64,000 nucleotides of DNA from positions 70,039 through 134,038 of the forward strand of contig CAVVAJ010000001.1 of the NCBI GenBank assembly GCA_963746255.1. The letters run 5' to 3'. This DNA is from an uncultured Chloroflexia bacterium. GTDB taxonomy: Bacteria > Chloroflexota > Anaerolineae > Anaerolineales > UBA4823. The notes beneath the pieces were generated by a model. The model was not told the origin of the DNA, did no database searches, and was given only the letters and a program-made list of their open reading frames with translations. The number at the start of each line of letters is the position of its first letter. The stretch's first letter is position 1. Below are positions 19,826 through 30,499 of the stretch, in pieces. A program made the translations under genes and the position numbers.

Positions 19826-20267
19826 ATGGCACTAGTAAGACGGGATCCGGGGCGAGAGATGGAGGATATGTTCGACCGCTACACGAGAGCGGTGGGGCAA
19901 CCTCGGGCTGGAAGCCAAGAGGTCATCGCAACAGGCGACTGGGCTCCTCGGGTAGACATCGCTGAGACCGACAAAGCATTCGAGATCAAGGCGGAGATTC
20001 CCGAGGTCAATAAGGAGGATGTCAAAGTTACTGTACACAATGGTGTCCTGACGATTCGGGGAGAGAGAAAACAGGAAAAAGAAGAGAAAGGGAAAAAGTT
20101 CCATCGAGTCGAGCGATACTACGGGAGCTTCACCCGTAGCTTTACGTTGCCTGACAATGTCGATGAAACTAAAATTAGGGCTTCGTTCAAGGATGGCATG
20201 CTGAATCTCCAGATTCAAAAGACTGAGGAGGCAAAACCGAAAGTCCATCGAGGTCAAAGTGGAGTAA
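19826..20267 (+). CDS. Hsp20/alpha-crystallin small heat-shock protein. A 1-nt indel in an A-run near 20240 hides the natural C-terminus ...AKPKSIEVKVE*.
   Basis: WAPRVDIAETDKAFEIKAEIPEVNKEDVKVTVHNGVLTIRGERK...YGSFTRSFTLP. The shifted frame ends at the TAA at 20265-20267. Confidence 0.85.
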
Positions 20268-20375
20268 AAAGACAGAAGCTCCAACCATCGGCTAAACGCG
20301 GCCTGGGTCGTAGGGTGGCTCGCTGCGAACAGAGCAGAGCCCTGCCAGCGAGCGACTTCATCCTGGAGGTGGTTT

Positions 20376-20957
20376 ATGGATTTGCCACTACAACTCATTG
20401 TGTTCAGTATTCCATCCCTTATTTACATAGCTGTGCGCAGGCGGCGTGGGGAGAAATGGAGCGAAGTCCTCGAGAAGATCGGTTGGCAAGGTAGCCGACC
20501 AGTCTACTTCCTGTGGGCTTTAGGTGTGATGATTATCGTAGGATGGTTAGCATGGTTGGCCCTCCAGGTAGTGCCTGCGGAAGTTCTGCAAGATCCCAAT
20601 GTCAACATTAGTGACTACGCGGGGTGGACGTTGGGTGTATCCTCCTTCCTCTTGGTGTGGTTGCGGGAGGCTGTATACGTTGCCCTCGGGGAAGAGATTC
20701 TCTTCCGTGGATTCCTGGGTGGCTGGTTGATTCGGCGGCTTGGCTTCGCAATTGGCAACGCACTTCAGGCATTCGTCTTTATCTTGCCACACTTGCTTCT
20801 GCTTCTGGTTAGCCTGAGTTTGTGGCCCGTCATCATCGTGCAGTTACTTGCAGGCTGGCTACTTGGATGGCTGCGGTATCGCTCGAATAGTATCTTGCCC
20901 GGATGGATAGCGCACAGTCTCACGAATGCAATCGGAGCTCTATCAGTAATGGGATAG
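20376..20957 (+). CDS. CPBP-family intramembrane glutamic endopeptidase (CAAX protease-like).
   Basis: EEILFRGF, FILPH and HSLTNA motifs. Multiple TM segments. Confidence 0.8.
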   Translation: MDLPLQLIVFSIPSLIYIAVRRRRGEKWSEVLEKIGWQGSRPVYFLWALGVMIIVGWLAWLALQVVPAEVLQDPNVNISDYAGWTLGVSSFLLVWLREAVYVALGEEILFRGFLGGWLIRRLGFAIGNALQAFVFILPHLLLLLVSLSLWPVIIVQLLAGWLLGWLRYRSNSILPGWIAHSLTNAIGALSVMG

Positions 20958-21084
20958 TGCCAGGTTATACCTGAGCGGCCGACAACTCGCTGCAGCTGAT
21001 CCATTCGGTGAGGTGAGCGGCATTCCAAAGCAGAGTTAGACCGGTTCAAACAAGCTCAACATACCAGGACCACCACGCATCTGA

Positions 21085-21235
21085 GCTTTCTCGTTAGGCG
21101 GTGCGGGAAGGTGAGGGAGCGCTCCCACGCCGCTGCGGGCTATTAGTGCTATCCGCTCCAATGAGTTTCACTTACCGCATAACCACCAAATTTGACGTGA
21201 TATCCTGCAACCGCCGTAGAATCAATGGTTGTGCG
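21085..21235. repeat. ~145-bp GC-rich intergenic repeat, copy 2.
   Basis: Aligns with 18070..18217. Contains TTGACG-19 nt-TAGAAT. Confidence 0.75.
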
Positions 21236-21339
21236 GCTAAATATGTGGATTTCTTATGAGAAAATGTGGTGGGGTAACAGGTACATGCTACAATTATTAG
21301 CAGTGAGTTGATCCTATTCATGATATTTATGGAGGAACC

Positions 21340-22209
21340 ATGAACGTTATTCGTCGCATTCTTGGCGTGTTAGTGATGATTGCCGGGATACTGGGATTGT
21401 TGCTCAGTTTGGCTGGACTGGTCATGGTTTGGGTGACGAAACCCGCTGTAACCACCTATGCAAATACTACCATCGACACGCTCAACGAGAGCGTTATTAC
21501 CAGTCAAAGTGTTATGGAAATCACCGGTCAGGCGTTGGGAGCCACAATTGATAGTGTGGATGCACTCTCGATCATGTTGAGGACTACAGCAGTTACAGTG
21601 GAAGATACTCAGCCGGTACTCGATGAAATTGACACAATCATGGCCGTTACGCTGCCTTCTACTCTTGAAGCAACCACAGTCTCGCTATATACTGCCCAAG
21701 ATGCCGCTAAAGTTCTGGAAAGCACCATCCAATCGTTGGATGCTTTTCGTTTTTTATTGAGCGCTACACCGCTAGTGGGAGATTTAGTGAATCAGACAGG
21801 AGAATCCTACAACCCAGAGAAATCTCTGGCCGATTCATTAGGTGAGTTGGCCGGAAACTTGGAAGGTTTACCGGATACATTTGTCGAAATGTCGGTTAAC
21901 CTCAGTGCTACCGATGACAACCTGGTATCCATTCAAGAAAACCTGATCACTATGTCAGATAGCGTTGGATTTATCTCATCTAGTCTGAGTGAGTACCAGA
22001 AGATGATCAATCAATCTCAATCATCCATGGATAATTTGACATCAATCCTCACGAACATTCAGTCCAACATGGCAACCATCCTGAAATGGGTGGTGATTGT
22101 ATTGAGTTTGTTTTTCGTATGGCTGCTGGCTGCCCAAATCGTCATCCTCAGTCAAGGATGGGAGTTATACCAGGGCACAGCAGACCGCATGGAAAGTGAT
22201 GATGAATAA
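21340..22209 (+). CDS. Hypothetical membrane protein (TM at each end, long helical middle).
   Basis: RBS ggagga. 289-aa ORF. Confidence 0.6.
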   Translation: MNVIRRILGVLVMIAGILGLLLSLAGLVMVWVTKPAVTTYANTTIDTLNESVITSQSVMEITGQALGATIDSVDALSIMLRTTAVTVEDTQPVLDEIDTIMAVTLPSTLEATTVSLYTAQDAAKVLESTIQSLDAFRFLLSATPLVGDLVNQTGESYNPEKSLADSLGELAGNLEGLPDTFVEMSVNLSATDDNLVSIQENLITMSDSVGFISSSLSEYQKMINQSQSSMDNLTSILTNIQSNMATILKWVVIVLSLFFVWLLAAQIVILSQGWELYQGTADRMESDDE

Positions 22210-22296
22210 ACCGATAAATTTATGCATCTCATACTAAAATAGTCTTAGAATCAAAAATTCCTATTTTAACTAAGTTACGAAAAAAGGAGAAATACC

Positions 22297-22518
22297 ATGA
22301 CATTTACACTTGATACAACCCTCGGTACACTTTTAGATGATCCGAAAGCTAAAGCTGTGCTGGATCAGTACGTGCCCGGCATCTCTAGCAACCCCATGGT
22401 AGCGATGGTAAAAGGCATGTCCCTGACGCAGCTGCTCGCCACACCTCAGGCGGCCCAATTTGGTCTGACCAAAGAAAAGGCTGAACAGGTCTTGGCAGAA
22501 ATCAATAAACAACTCTAA
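22297..22518 (+). CDS. Hypothetical small protein (73 aa).
   Basis: RBS aaggag. Followed by a strong terminator. Confidence 0.55.
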   Translation: MTFTLDTTLGTLLDDPKAKAVLDQYVPGISSNPMVAMVKGMSLTQLLATPQAAQFGLTKEKAEQVLAEINKQL

Positions 22519-22598
22519 GATGCATATATAAACAATGCCATTCCAAGGATGATTTTCACCAATTGCTCAGTTGTCCCACACGGGTGATAAGAGTAGAA

Positions 22599-22646
22599 GA
22601 AATCACGGTCGAAAATAATCCCTTTGACCGTGATTTCTATTTTTAG
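22599..22646 (+). terminator. Rho-independent terminator.
   Basis: Perfect 12-bp stem gaaatcacggtc / gaccgtgatttc followed by tattttt. Confidence 0.8.
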
Positions 22647-22931
22647 GCTTGAGCTGCGCTGTAAATACGCAAATAGATTCAAGCATAAACAATAGTATAT
22701 ATCAAGACCGCACAACCCCACATAAAGCGGACCGAGCTATACGCCCGGAGGGAACGCGGCGCAAAAGTCCAAGTTTGGTTCGGGTTATTGAAGCGTTCGG
22801 GGCCAACCCGTCCCGCCGGTGAAACCCCCGTTGGGCGGCTGTCCAGCTTTTATTTTTCTGTTATTTTGCGAATTGATTTTTTTAACGAGTAAGACGGCGC
22901 ATTTAGTCATTGTGACACTAAAGGGAAAGCA

Positions 22932-23153
22932 ATGGTTGAGAGCAAAAATCCGAGTCCAATCAATTGCCTCCGTTGTAACCAGTCACTCAAATATATTGGG
23001 GCTAGAGAATTCCATGAGGGACCTGGAGGCGGATTATTTTCAGATTTGGCAGAATTGTTCATGAATAAAGAGAGATTCGATGTGTACGTGTGCCAACATT
23101 GTGGTCGAGTAGAGTTTTTTGTGGAGGGCATCGGAGACCAATTTCGTTCATAA
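22932..23153 (+). CDS. Small zinc-ribbon protein (73 aa).
   Basis: CLRC...CQHC pairs. Confidence 0.5.
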   Translation: MVESKNPSPINCLRCNQSLKYIGAREFHEGPGGGLFSDLAELFMNKERFDVYVCQHCGRVEFFVEGIGDQFRS

Positions 23154-23541
23154 GAGTCTACCGGTTTAAGATGACTGTAAAGCATTGGCGAGGAAAAAAA
23201 GCCGCCCAACCCTGCGTAGAGCACGACTCGGCTATGCCGAAAGGTCAACGCCGCGATTTTTAGCAATTTAGCTTTTGGCGAACTGTAGGAACAAGTTTAA
23301 GGAATTAGCGGGGGTTAGTGACTTTGATCGATGCCCTCACAGCCGGGTTGGCAGCCGCGCCTCCGCGCTGCGCAGCCGGCTTGGGCGCATGTCGCGTACC
23401 TGCGCGGGCGCAACCTGGGTAAGGAGTCTTTTTTCGGTGCAAGCAGGGCAGCCTCGTTGTATAATATTTATTAGGCCTGAATATAGCTAAATATACCGCA
23501 AGGTGGCGTGGTACGCACTTGGTAGAACGCAGAGGAAAGAA

Positions 23542-24726
23542 ATGAATAGTTCACAAGAGACGTTCATAACAAGATTTTTGAAGCTAGAAACATCTGGCGG
23601 TATTGTTCTCATGGTTGCTGCTGGGGTAGCTTTAATTCTAGCCAATACCCCATTAGAGCCTTTTTACGCTTTGCTAATTGACACCCCCGTAGAAATTCGA
23701 ATTGGAGGATTAGAGATAGCAAAGCCTTTCGTGCTATGGAACAACGATGGGCTAATGGCAATCTTCTTTTTTCTAGTAGGGTTGGAGTTAAAACGGGAGC
23801 TTATTGAGGGTGAGTTATCGAATAAAAGAAACATAATCTTGCCAGGCGTGGGAGCAATTGGCGGTATGCTAGTTCCAGCGCTGATTTATAGCTATTTCAA
23901 TGCTGGTGATGCAGTGGCCATGAAGGGCTGGGCTATTCCGGCAGCAACTGACATTGCATTTGCTCTGGGAATATTATCCTTATTGGGCTCGAGAGTTCCT
24001 ACAAATATAAAAATATTTCTCACATCGTTGGCGATTTTTGATGATATTGGAGCGATAATCATCATAGCACTATTCTACACTGAAAAGATTTCTGTTGCCG
24101 CGCTTGTAGTTGTTGCATGCTGCATTCCAATTTTGGCGATAATGTACAGGCGAAATATTGAATCAAAAAGTGCGTATGTAATGATCGGGGTTGTAATGTG
24201 GGTTGCGATGTTGAAATCGGGTGTTCATGCAACATTGGCAGGAGTGATCTTAGCAATGTTCATTCCAATGAAGTCGAAAAAGAGAATTGATTATTCCCCA
24301 CTAAAGAGCATGGAGCACGATTTGCATTTTGCAGCAGCGTACATAATCTTACCAGTCTTTGCATTTACTAATGCTGGCATACGCGTTATTGGTCTAGGAG
24401 TGGAAGAAATCTTTCACAGTGTGCCACTGGGTATTGCACTTGGCTTGTTTTTTGGAAAACAGCTGGGGATTTTTAGCCTCTGTTGGTTCGCAATAAAGGT
24501 TAAGGTCACCAGTTTGCCAAATGGAATGTCTTGGAGTTCATTGTATGGTGCAGCTGCATTATGCGGTGTGGGTTTTACCATGAGCCTTTTTATTGCTTCT
24601 CTTGCGTTTGAGGAAACCGGAGTGAATCTGTTATTTGATGAACGATTAGGCATCATATTAGGATCATTGGCATCAGGTGTTTTCGGGTATCTTTTACTGC
24701 GTAGGAGTTTGCGTTCTACTGATTAA
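23542..24726 (+). CDS. nhaA: Na+/H+ antiporter NhaA.
   Basis: Close match in pattern to E. coli NhaA (WNNDGLMAIFFFLVGLELKRE, GWAIPAATDIAFALG, FDDIGAIIIIALFYT, KSGVHATLAGV). ATG at 23542 after the RBS agaggaaag. Confidence 0.9.
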   Translation: MNSSQETFITRFLKLETSGGIVLMVAAGVALILANTPLEPFYALLIDTPVEIRIGGLEIAKPFVLWNNDGLMAIFFFLVGLELKRELIEGELSNKRNIILPGVGAIGGMLVPALIYSYFNAGDAVAMKGWAIPAATDIAFALGILSLLGSRVPTNIKIFLTSLAIFDDIGAIIIIALFYTEKISVAALVVVACCIPILAIMYRRNIESKSAYVMIGVVMWVAMLKSGVHATLAGVILAMFIPMKSKKRIDYSPLKSMEHDLHFAAAYIILPVFAFTNAGIRVIGLGVEEIFHSVPLGIALGLFFGKQLGIFSLCWFAIKVKVTSLPNGMSWSSLYGAAALCGVGFTMSLFIASLAFEETGVNLLFDERLGIILGSLASGVFGYLLLRRSLRSTD

Positions 24727-25243
24727 CTGAAGTGTCAAGAGGGGATGGAGAATCTTCATCGTCGTCGCCGTAGAGGCTGTGGATAAGTTCCCTCGAGGGC
24801 ATAATAAAGGGCAAAAGAGCAGCGGTGTCCACTTTTCCACATTCTAGTCAGATAAAAGTGGATACCAACCAGTCAATTTTTCGTACAATAACAAGTATCC
24901 CCCATCCTTAGCCAACGCTGAACTAGCCAGGCTGAAGTCAAAGGAAGGAAAAATCGTTAGCTTCCCAACTCAGGGAAGAGTGCCCGGACTTCGTCCATAC
25001 TGGCCAGACGGTGCGGATGTTTGGGATTGAGTGCCTCGCGTTTTAATTTGTCTCCGACGCCTAGGCGCATTAAGTAATAGCGTGCGGACTGAGGGCGGGT
25101 CAAGTTGCCGCCTATGGGTCCTAGAATCCGTCGGGTTACTTGGCCGCCCGGTGGATTTTTGTCTGGGCTGCGAGCTCGTATCGGTGTGTATCACTCCTTG
25201 TCCAAAAAACCACGTCCCAAACCACCATTAAGGAGAGTGCAGC

Positions 25244-25336
25244 ATGAAACCCATTCCCAGTTCAAGTACCCGTTACATAACCCTCGATATCCACAAACAT
25301 TATGCCTTGGTTGCTGCAGTGGACCGAGAAGGCTAA
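25244..25336 (+). mobile_element. N-terminal fragment of an IS110-family transposase, ending in an in-frame TAA.
   Basis: MKPIPSSSTRYITLDIHKHYALVAAVDREG* after the RBS aaggagag. Confidence 0.5.
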
Positions 25337-25594
25337 GGCCTGCTGGAGTACAGAATTGGTCAGGCGATCCCCGATCAACGCTTCTATCTGGCGGCGGCAT
25401 GCGGCAGTTAACCTACCCCCCAGCCCCCTGCCAGTTATAAGGGGGAGTGATGGCGCCGATCCCCCCCCGAGATGATAAACTAATATCAGCACAAAACTAC
25501 TCGCAGAGCCGCAGTTTACTTACCCGCATGCGGATAGGAGCAGCCGGTTTAGAATCACTCCGGGAAAAGCCTACCAAAATAAGGAGGATAATTC

Positions 25595-26638
25595 ATGACA
25601 AACCATCCAGAATTCACCCTGGCTGCCGTGCAGGCGGCGCCGGTTTACTTCGACAGGGAGGCTTCCACAGAGAAAGCTTGCCAGCTTATTTTGGAGGCGG
25701 GAAAAAAGGGGGCAGATCTTGCCGCCTTCAGTGAAACTTGGCTGCCGGGCTACCCATTTTTCCACTCCTCTGCGCTCGTAGATCAAGGGCGGGTAACCTA
25801 CCTGTCCAACGCGGTGGAAATCCCCAGCCCAACAACGGACTACCTGTGCGCCGCAGCTAAAGAGGCTGGCGTGGACGTTGCCATTGGCGTGGCCGAACTC
25901 GATCCGATAACGAGAGGTACAGTTTACTGCACGTTACTTTTTATCAGCCAGGATGGGGAGATACTGGGACGCCACCGCAAACTCAAACCTTCCATGGGGG
26001 AGCGCACTGTGTGGGGAGAAGGAGACGGCCTGGGACTGGTAGTGTACGAACGCCCTTACGGTCGCATCAGCGGCCTGAACTGCTGGGAACACAGGATGCT
26101 GCTCCCCGGGTACGCCTTGATGGCGCTTGGAACTCAGATCCATGTGGCGACCTGGCCATTCTCTTGGCATTTGGATCCTGACCTCAACAAAGCCCCGCTC
26201 CTCTCACAGGCCTTCGCTGCCCAGGGGGGATGCTACGTGATCGCGACGAGTGCCCTAATGAGACCCGAGGATGTCCAGGAGGCATACCGCGACCTGGCAA
26301 TAAGCAGGATCGACGAATGGTCTAGCGCCAAGCAAGGGGGCTCCTGCATTATCTCTCCTGCAGGTGATGTAATCGCGCAGGCGGCGGTAGGCGAGGAGAC
26401 GGTCCTGACAGCCTCTGGATCACTGGAAGAGGTGCTGATGGCCAAGGGCTTTATCGACGTCGGCGGGCATTACTCGCGCCCGGACGTGCTGCAACTACGA
26501 GTCAACCGCCGCCCTCTCGAGCGCCTCGTTGAGACGAGTCCCAGTGACCCAATTACCTTCGTTACCAAGGGCGATGTCGCTGCGCATGATTATGCAGATG
26601 GCAACGCATCCAAAGGGGCGGAAGAAGATTCCAGGTAG
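25595..26638 (+). CDS. Nitrilase / carbon-nitrogen hydrolase family protein.
   Basis: AAVQAAPVYFD, FSETWLPGYPFF, HRKLKPS and GLNCWEH (catalytic Cys context). RBS aggagg. Confidence 0.9.
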   Translation: MTNHPEFTLAAVQAAPVYFDREASTEKACQLILEAGKKGADLAAFSETWLPGYPFFHSSALVDQGRVTYLSNAVEIPSPTTDYLCAAAKEAGVDVAIGVAELDPITRGTVYCTLLFISQDGEILGRHRKLKPSMGERTVWGEGDGLGLVVYERPYGRISGLNCWEHRMLLPGYALMALGTQIHVATWPFSWHLDPDLNKAPLLSQAFAAQGGCYVIATSALMRPEDVQEAYRDLAISRIDEWSSAKQGGSCIISPAGDVIAQAAVGEETVLTASGSLEEVLMAKGFIDVGGHYSRPDVLQLRVNRRPLERLVETSPSDPITFVTKGDVAAHDYADGNASKGAEEDSR

Positions 26639-27012
26639 AATTCGTGCTGAGCGAAGAAGCTGGCCCATGCCATAGCATCCCGGGCAAGTCTTGGCAGCTG
26701 GTGACGCAGGAGCAGCATTAAACAGAGACACCCTGGGGGGGACAGGGTGTCATAGGGTGATCTTCCTCAACAACTTAGAGGAGACAATACCAGGATAGCA
26801 GAAAATAAAGAACAATGCAATAGCTTGTTTCGTGAAAAGATGCAATTAAAAGGTTGGCGGCCTGGAACGCCTCTTGCCAGACCGTCAAAAGCGAAGTGAT
26901 TTTCTAGCAAGTTTCCCGCCGCTTACCAGGTCTAAAGGCGGCCAGGTTGGCAGCCGCTCCTCAGCGCTGCGCATCCGGCCGGGTGCAACCGCATGTTATG
27001 CGGTAAGTGAGA

Positions 27013-27531
27013 CTACTCAATGCCCGGAAGTCGGCTAAAGCCGACGAATAGAGGTGTTACGGAAATGACAGCCCCCTGGGAGGAGAGTCGTCGCATCCCT
27101 TCCATGACGGCCTCGTTTGGCTGGCCGTAGATATCGACACGCGTGGTTGTGATGTACTGCATCACATCGCGCATGTGTGGATCGGCGAGTTGCCAATGAG
27201 CCAGGATTGATTCTGAGTCTCGATGTATCTGGACTCCGTGTGCACGCATCTCGTTCTCATGTATGCAGACCTCTGCCTCTGGCGCCCGCACCTCCAGTCG
27301 TTTCCGCGCCTCGGCAATGAAGAACGGGGAGAGATCGATGCCCAGGCAATTGACTCCGTAGGCCTCGGCAAGACGAATGAGAAACTCGCCCTTTCCGCAA
27401 GCGATATCTATCACGCGCACACCGGCGGGGAGCCGCAGCTGTTCCACAAGGTGCCCCAGCTTCTCCCCGCTCGTGGGATTGCAGATCACATGATTGCGAT
27501 GGGTGATGTCGTAGAACTTCCACATGTCCAT
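27013..27531 (-). pseudogene. SAM-dependent methyltransferase paralogue with an internal deletion of roughly 100 aa relative to 55539..56297.
   Basis: MDMWKFYDITHRNHVICNP...VIDIACGKGEFLIRLAE matches the N-terminus of the 55.5-kb paralogue. The central region is missing. Confidence 0.6.
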
Positions 27532-27628
27532 AGATCAGTTCCTCGGGCTGCCTAACGGTGCGGCGGAAGAGCTCACCCGCTGCCGGGCGGGCATTTAATG
27601 ATTATAGGTTAAGAACCAATAAAGGGAA

Positions 27629-27859
27629 ATGAAAGGTCAAATCGCCAACGTGGCAGGCTGGCGGGTGGAGCGGGGCACGAATGAAAACATGAATGGGTTG
27701 GTCCGCCAATATATTCCCAAAAATCGAGAGCTAACTTCGGTCACAAATCATGAGCTGGTACAGATCATGAATAAGCTAAACCATCGTCCAAGAAAGGTTC
27801 TTGCTTTCAAATCACCTTTTGAGGTATTCTATAAACAGTCTGTTGCACTTGTGAGTTGA
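27629..27859 (+). mobile_element. C-terminal fragment of an IS30-family transposase.
   Basis: GTNENMNGLVRQYIPKNRELTSVTNHELVQIMNKLNHRPRKVLAFKSPFEVF. Confidence 0.75.
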
Positions 27860-28024
27860 ATTCAGGATCCTTGGATTCGTCTTAGTGATGGGTAAAAGTG
27901 AGCTTCAAATTTGTGTAGCTAATAATGCACCCCAGAAAGGATCTCACTCAAGTTTAGTATATCAGACTTGTTTTTTTGCTGCGAATATCAAGGAAATACC
28001 CATCAAGATTTATCACTGTTTGGT

Positions 28025-28060
28025 AATAAGAGCTGGCACGGTGAGGTGCCAGCTCTTATT
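28025..28060. terminator. Perfect 15-bp stem hairpin between convergent units.
   Basis: aataagagctggcac-ggtgag-gtgccagctcttatt, followed by a T-rich stretch on the plus strand. Confidence 0.55.
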
Positions 28061-28098
28061 ATTTGTAATAGTGATCTTCCCGCTTTATATAATACTTG

Positions 28099-28821
28099 TT
28101 ATTTGACCCTGGCGAACAGGATAGGGGTTTTATCAGCAGTCAGTTTGGCATTGATGATAATATCGGCACCGGCGGGGATCTCTACATCACTCAAGGACAT
28201 GCTGGGCAGCGGGGTGCCATCTGCTAATGTGACAGCAATGTTATATGTACCGCCACGCAAGGAAGTTTGAACCTTGTCGCCAAACTCGAAGCCGGGGATT
28301 GCTAAACCGCCATTGATATATACATTGACGGGCAGGGCTTTGTTGAGACCCAACCTGCGGCCATCGATGCTGTGGCGAACGGTGACATCAAAAGTGCCGT
28401 CACTGGGCATTACGGGTTCGGAGGCAACACCATTCACCTTCAAGTAAGGGGTATTCATGTTATTCAAACGGGCTTTGATCGTAACATCCATACCAGCAGG
28501 AATATTGACCGGGCCAACCGTCATGCTGGGTAAGGGGGTGCCGTCGGTCAGGAATACGCTGATCGTGTACCAGCCAGCGGCCAGAGAGGTTTCTACTTTT
28601 TCGCCGAATCGGAAGTCGGGGATTGTCAGACTGCCGTTGACATAAACGTCGACGGGCAGATCGCGGTCAAGGCCCAGCTCGTTGCCGTTGATCAGGTGGC
28701 TGACTTCCAAATTGAAGTTGTTGCTTGCGGAAGCGGGTTGGGCACTGAAGGCTGTTACGAATAAGAGCGCAGCCATAATGCCGATGATGGTCCAATTTTT
28801 GAGGGAGAGAAGCTTATTCAT
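28099..28821 (-). CDS. Secreted protein with two DUF4397-like repeats.
   Basis: Signal peptide. Internal duplication (LPVDVYVNGSLTIPDFRFGEKVETSLAAGWYTISV / LPVNVYINGGLAIPGFEFGDKVQTSLRGGTYNIAV). Confidence 0.55.
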   Translation of the reverse strand: MNKLLSLKNWTIIGIMAALLFVTAFSAQPASASNNFNLEVSHLINGNELGLDRDLPVDVYVNGSLTIPDFRFGEKVETSLAAGWYTISVFLTDGTPLPSMTVGPVNIPAGMDVTIKARLNNMNTPYLKVNGVASEPVMPSDGTFDVTVRHSIDGRRLGLNKALPVNVYINGGLAIPGFEFGDKVQTSLRGGTYNIAVTLADGTPLPSMSLSDVEIPAGADIIINAKLTADKTPILFARVK

Positions 28822-29218
28822 TTTTTGTCCTTTTGTTGAACGAATTTTGATTTGGGAAGATCTTGATTGTCTTCAATCGTTCTATCTGGACAAAGTTTAC
28901 CCAACAACCAAGATATTGTCAAGGGTTTGTACAGGTATTGCACATTAGTATTTCGTGAGTAAGGTTCAGCCGTTTTCTAAAATTCGGCTTTCCAACGTAT
29001 CGAACAAAGCCACCATCTATTATTGGTGTTTTGGGGAAGACTTGGATGTGACGGAGTTCGCCATCTTGGTCAGTCAGGCTGCGCAGATCCAGGTATAGGG
29101 CAGTAGATAGAAACCAACAATAAAAACATGCCCAGATTTGGAAACTAGGTTTAGCCTTAAATCCAGATCGCAAATTTTAATTGGCCCCCTGAATTGTTTG
29201 AACTTAGAATCTTTCTGG

Positions 29219-30443
29219 TCACTCCATGAACGGATCAATTTTTTCTTTGATTGCTCGAATAACGATGGGATCATCATTCCAGGCACCCAGATCAATAATA
29301 GGAAACCCTTCTGGATACGTTGCATCATAAACCAGCTCAGGAATATCGTATTGACTATGGATAGCATCAGCGCTAATAGCTGCTGAAAAGAAGAGCAGTT
29401 TTTCAATTCCATTATCGAGAAATTCTTCAACTTTGGCTGCTGGTTTTGGTTCTTTGAAGGACATCCAAGCTAGGCTAAGATTTGTCAGGCTGGTAACCAT
29501 CGGCCGCAAAAATATCCAGCACATCGTAGCGGAAACCCAGTTCATGTTCCGTTTCTGTAGGCCACTCAACATCCCATTCATCTGGTTGGCCATGACCCAC
29601 AAGCAAAACCCCCACGTTGGATTTATCGGTATCACCAATATTGGCGTTGGCTCTCTCAATAAACATGCTTTTCAGAGTCTCAGAGTCATATAAAGGGCCA
29701 GTGTATGCAACTGGAATGCCAAAGGTTTCCTCAATATTTAATGCCTCAATCTGGTGCTCTCCCTCGGCAGTGTGATTTGATATTGTAAGAAAAACCTCGC
29801 TGACAATGATCTTGCTGGCTCCCTCATTGAGCGCTTGTATAGCCGCAGCATCTGGTCGGGGATTATCATCTAAAAAGGAGAGATAGAATTTCGTCGTGGT
29901 GTCTCCCTCGGCCCGATATGCTTCTTCTAGGCTGGCGATCATCCGATAATGCATTGCGCGGTGATTGCTGGTACCAACCTCCAGGTATTTATTCCTCAGT
30001 TCATTGAAGAAGAAAGGTCGCGCCAACATGGGGATAAAGGCAATACCTTGTTCATCAAATTCATTGAATTGATTGATCCAACCGATAGGGTTATAGGTCA
30101 CAGGTTCACCATGAGTAAAGTACACGACCGCAGTATGACCCAACCCCGGATCACCTGGAACTCGGGTCAATTCAGGCACAGGTCGTGGATCATCTCTTGC
30201 CAGAATGATCTTTGTCATCGCAAAGTTACCGATGAGAAACAAACTCAAAGATAGAAGAACCGCGATCAATAGTGATTTTCCTCTAAACCCAACTACCAAA
30301 ACAACAATTAATACGAAGAGCACCACACAAGTGGCAAAAAGATAAATGCTCATTTGAAGCGGATGAACGGATAAATACTGGACAAATAGACCCCCAAGTG
30401 AGCCCGCTAAAAATCCAACAGCCAACCATTTTAAATATTTCAT
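29219..30443 (-). CDS. Membrane-anchored class-II chelatase-like (ferrochelatase/CbiX-fold) protein. Frameshift near 29480-29500.
   Basis: ORFs 29475..30443 and 29219..29659. Two N-terminal TM helices. VLLVGHGQPDE. The second half reads ...FFSAAISADAIHSQYDIPELV. Confidence 0.4.
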
Positions 30444-30499
30444 ATGTTCAGATCCTTAACCAATATTATGTAGAACCGTAGCATGATTACTTAGAATCT

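Noticed and set aside
20973-23300. Further attC sites in the 17-23 kb small-gene region. Examples: gccgacaac...cgttaggc after the CPBP gene, GCCCAAC at 18807 and 23207, and GTTGGGC at about 22800.
   Set aside because: Core-like 7-mers are present, but I could not pair convincing arms of attC length. Some have only one box. I left this as unresolved rather than annotating it. A covariance-model scan would decide.
24957-25190. A minus-strand reading frame ending ...LNPKHPHRLASMDEVRALFPELGS*, considered as a recombinase or transposase C-terminus next to the IS110 relic.
   Set aside because: It has no start codon, no motif I can assign to a tyrosine-recombinase, IS110 or IS630 family, and is too short to judge.
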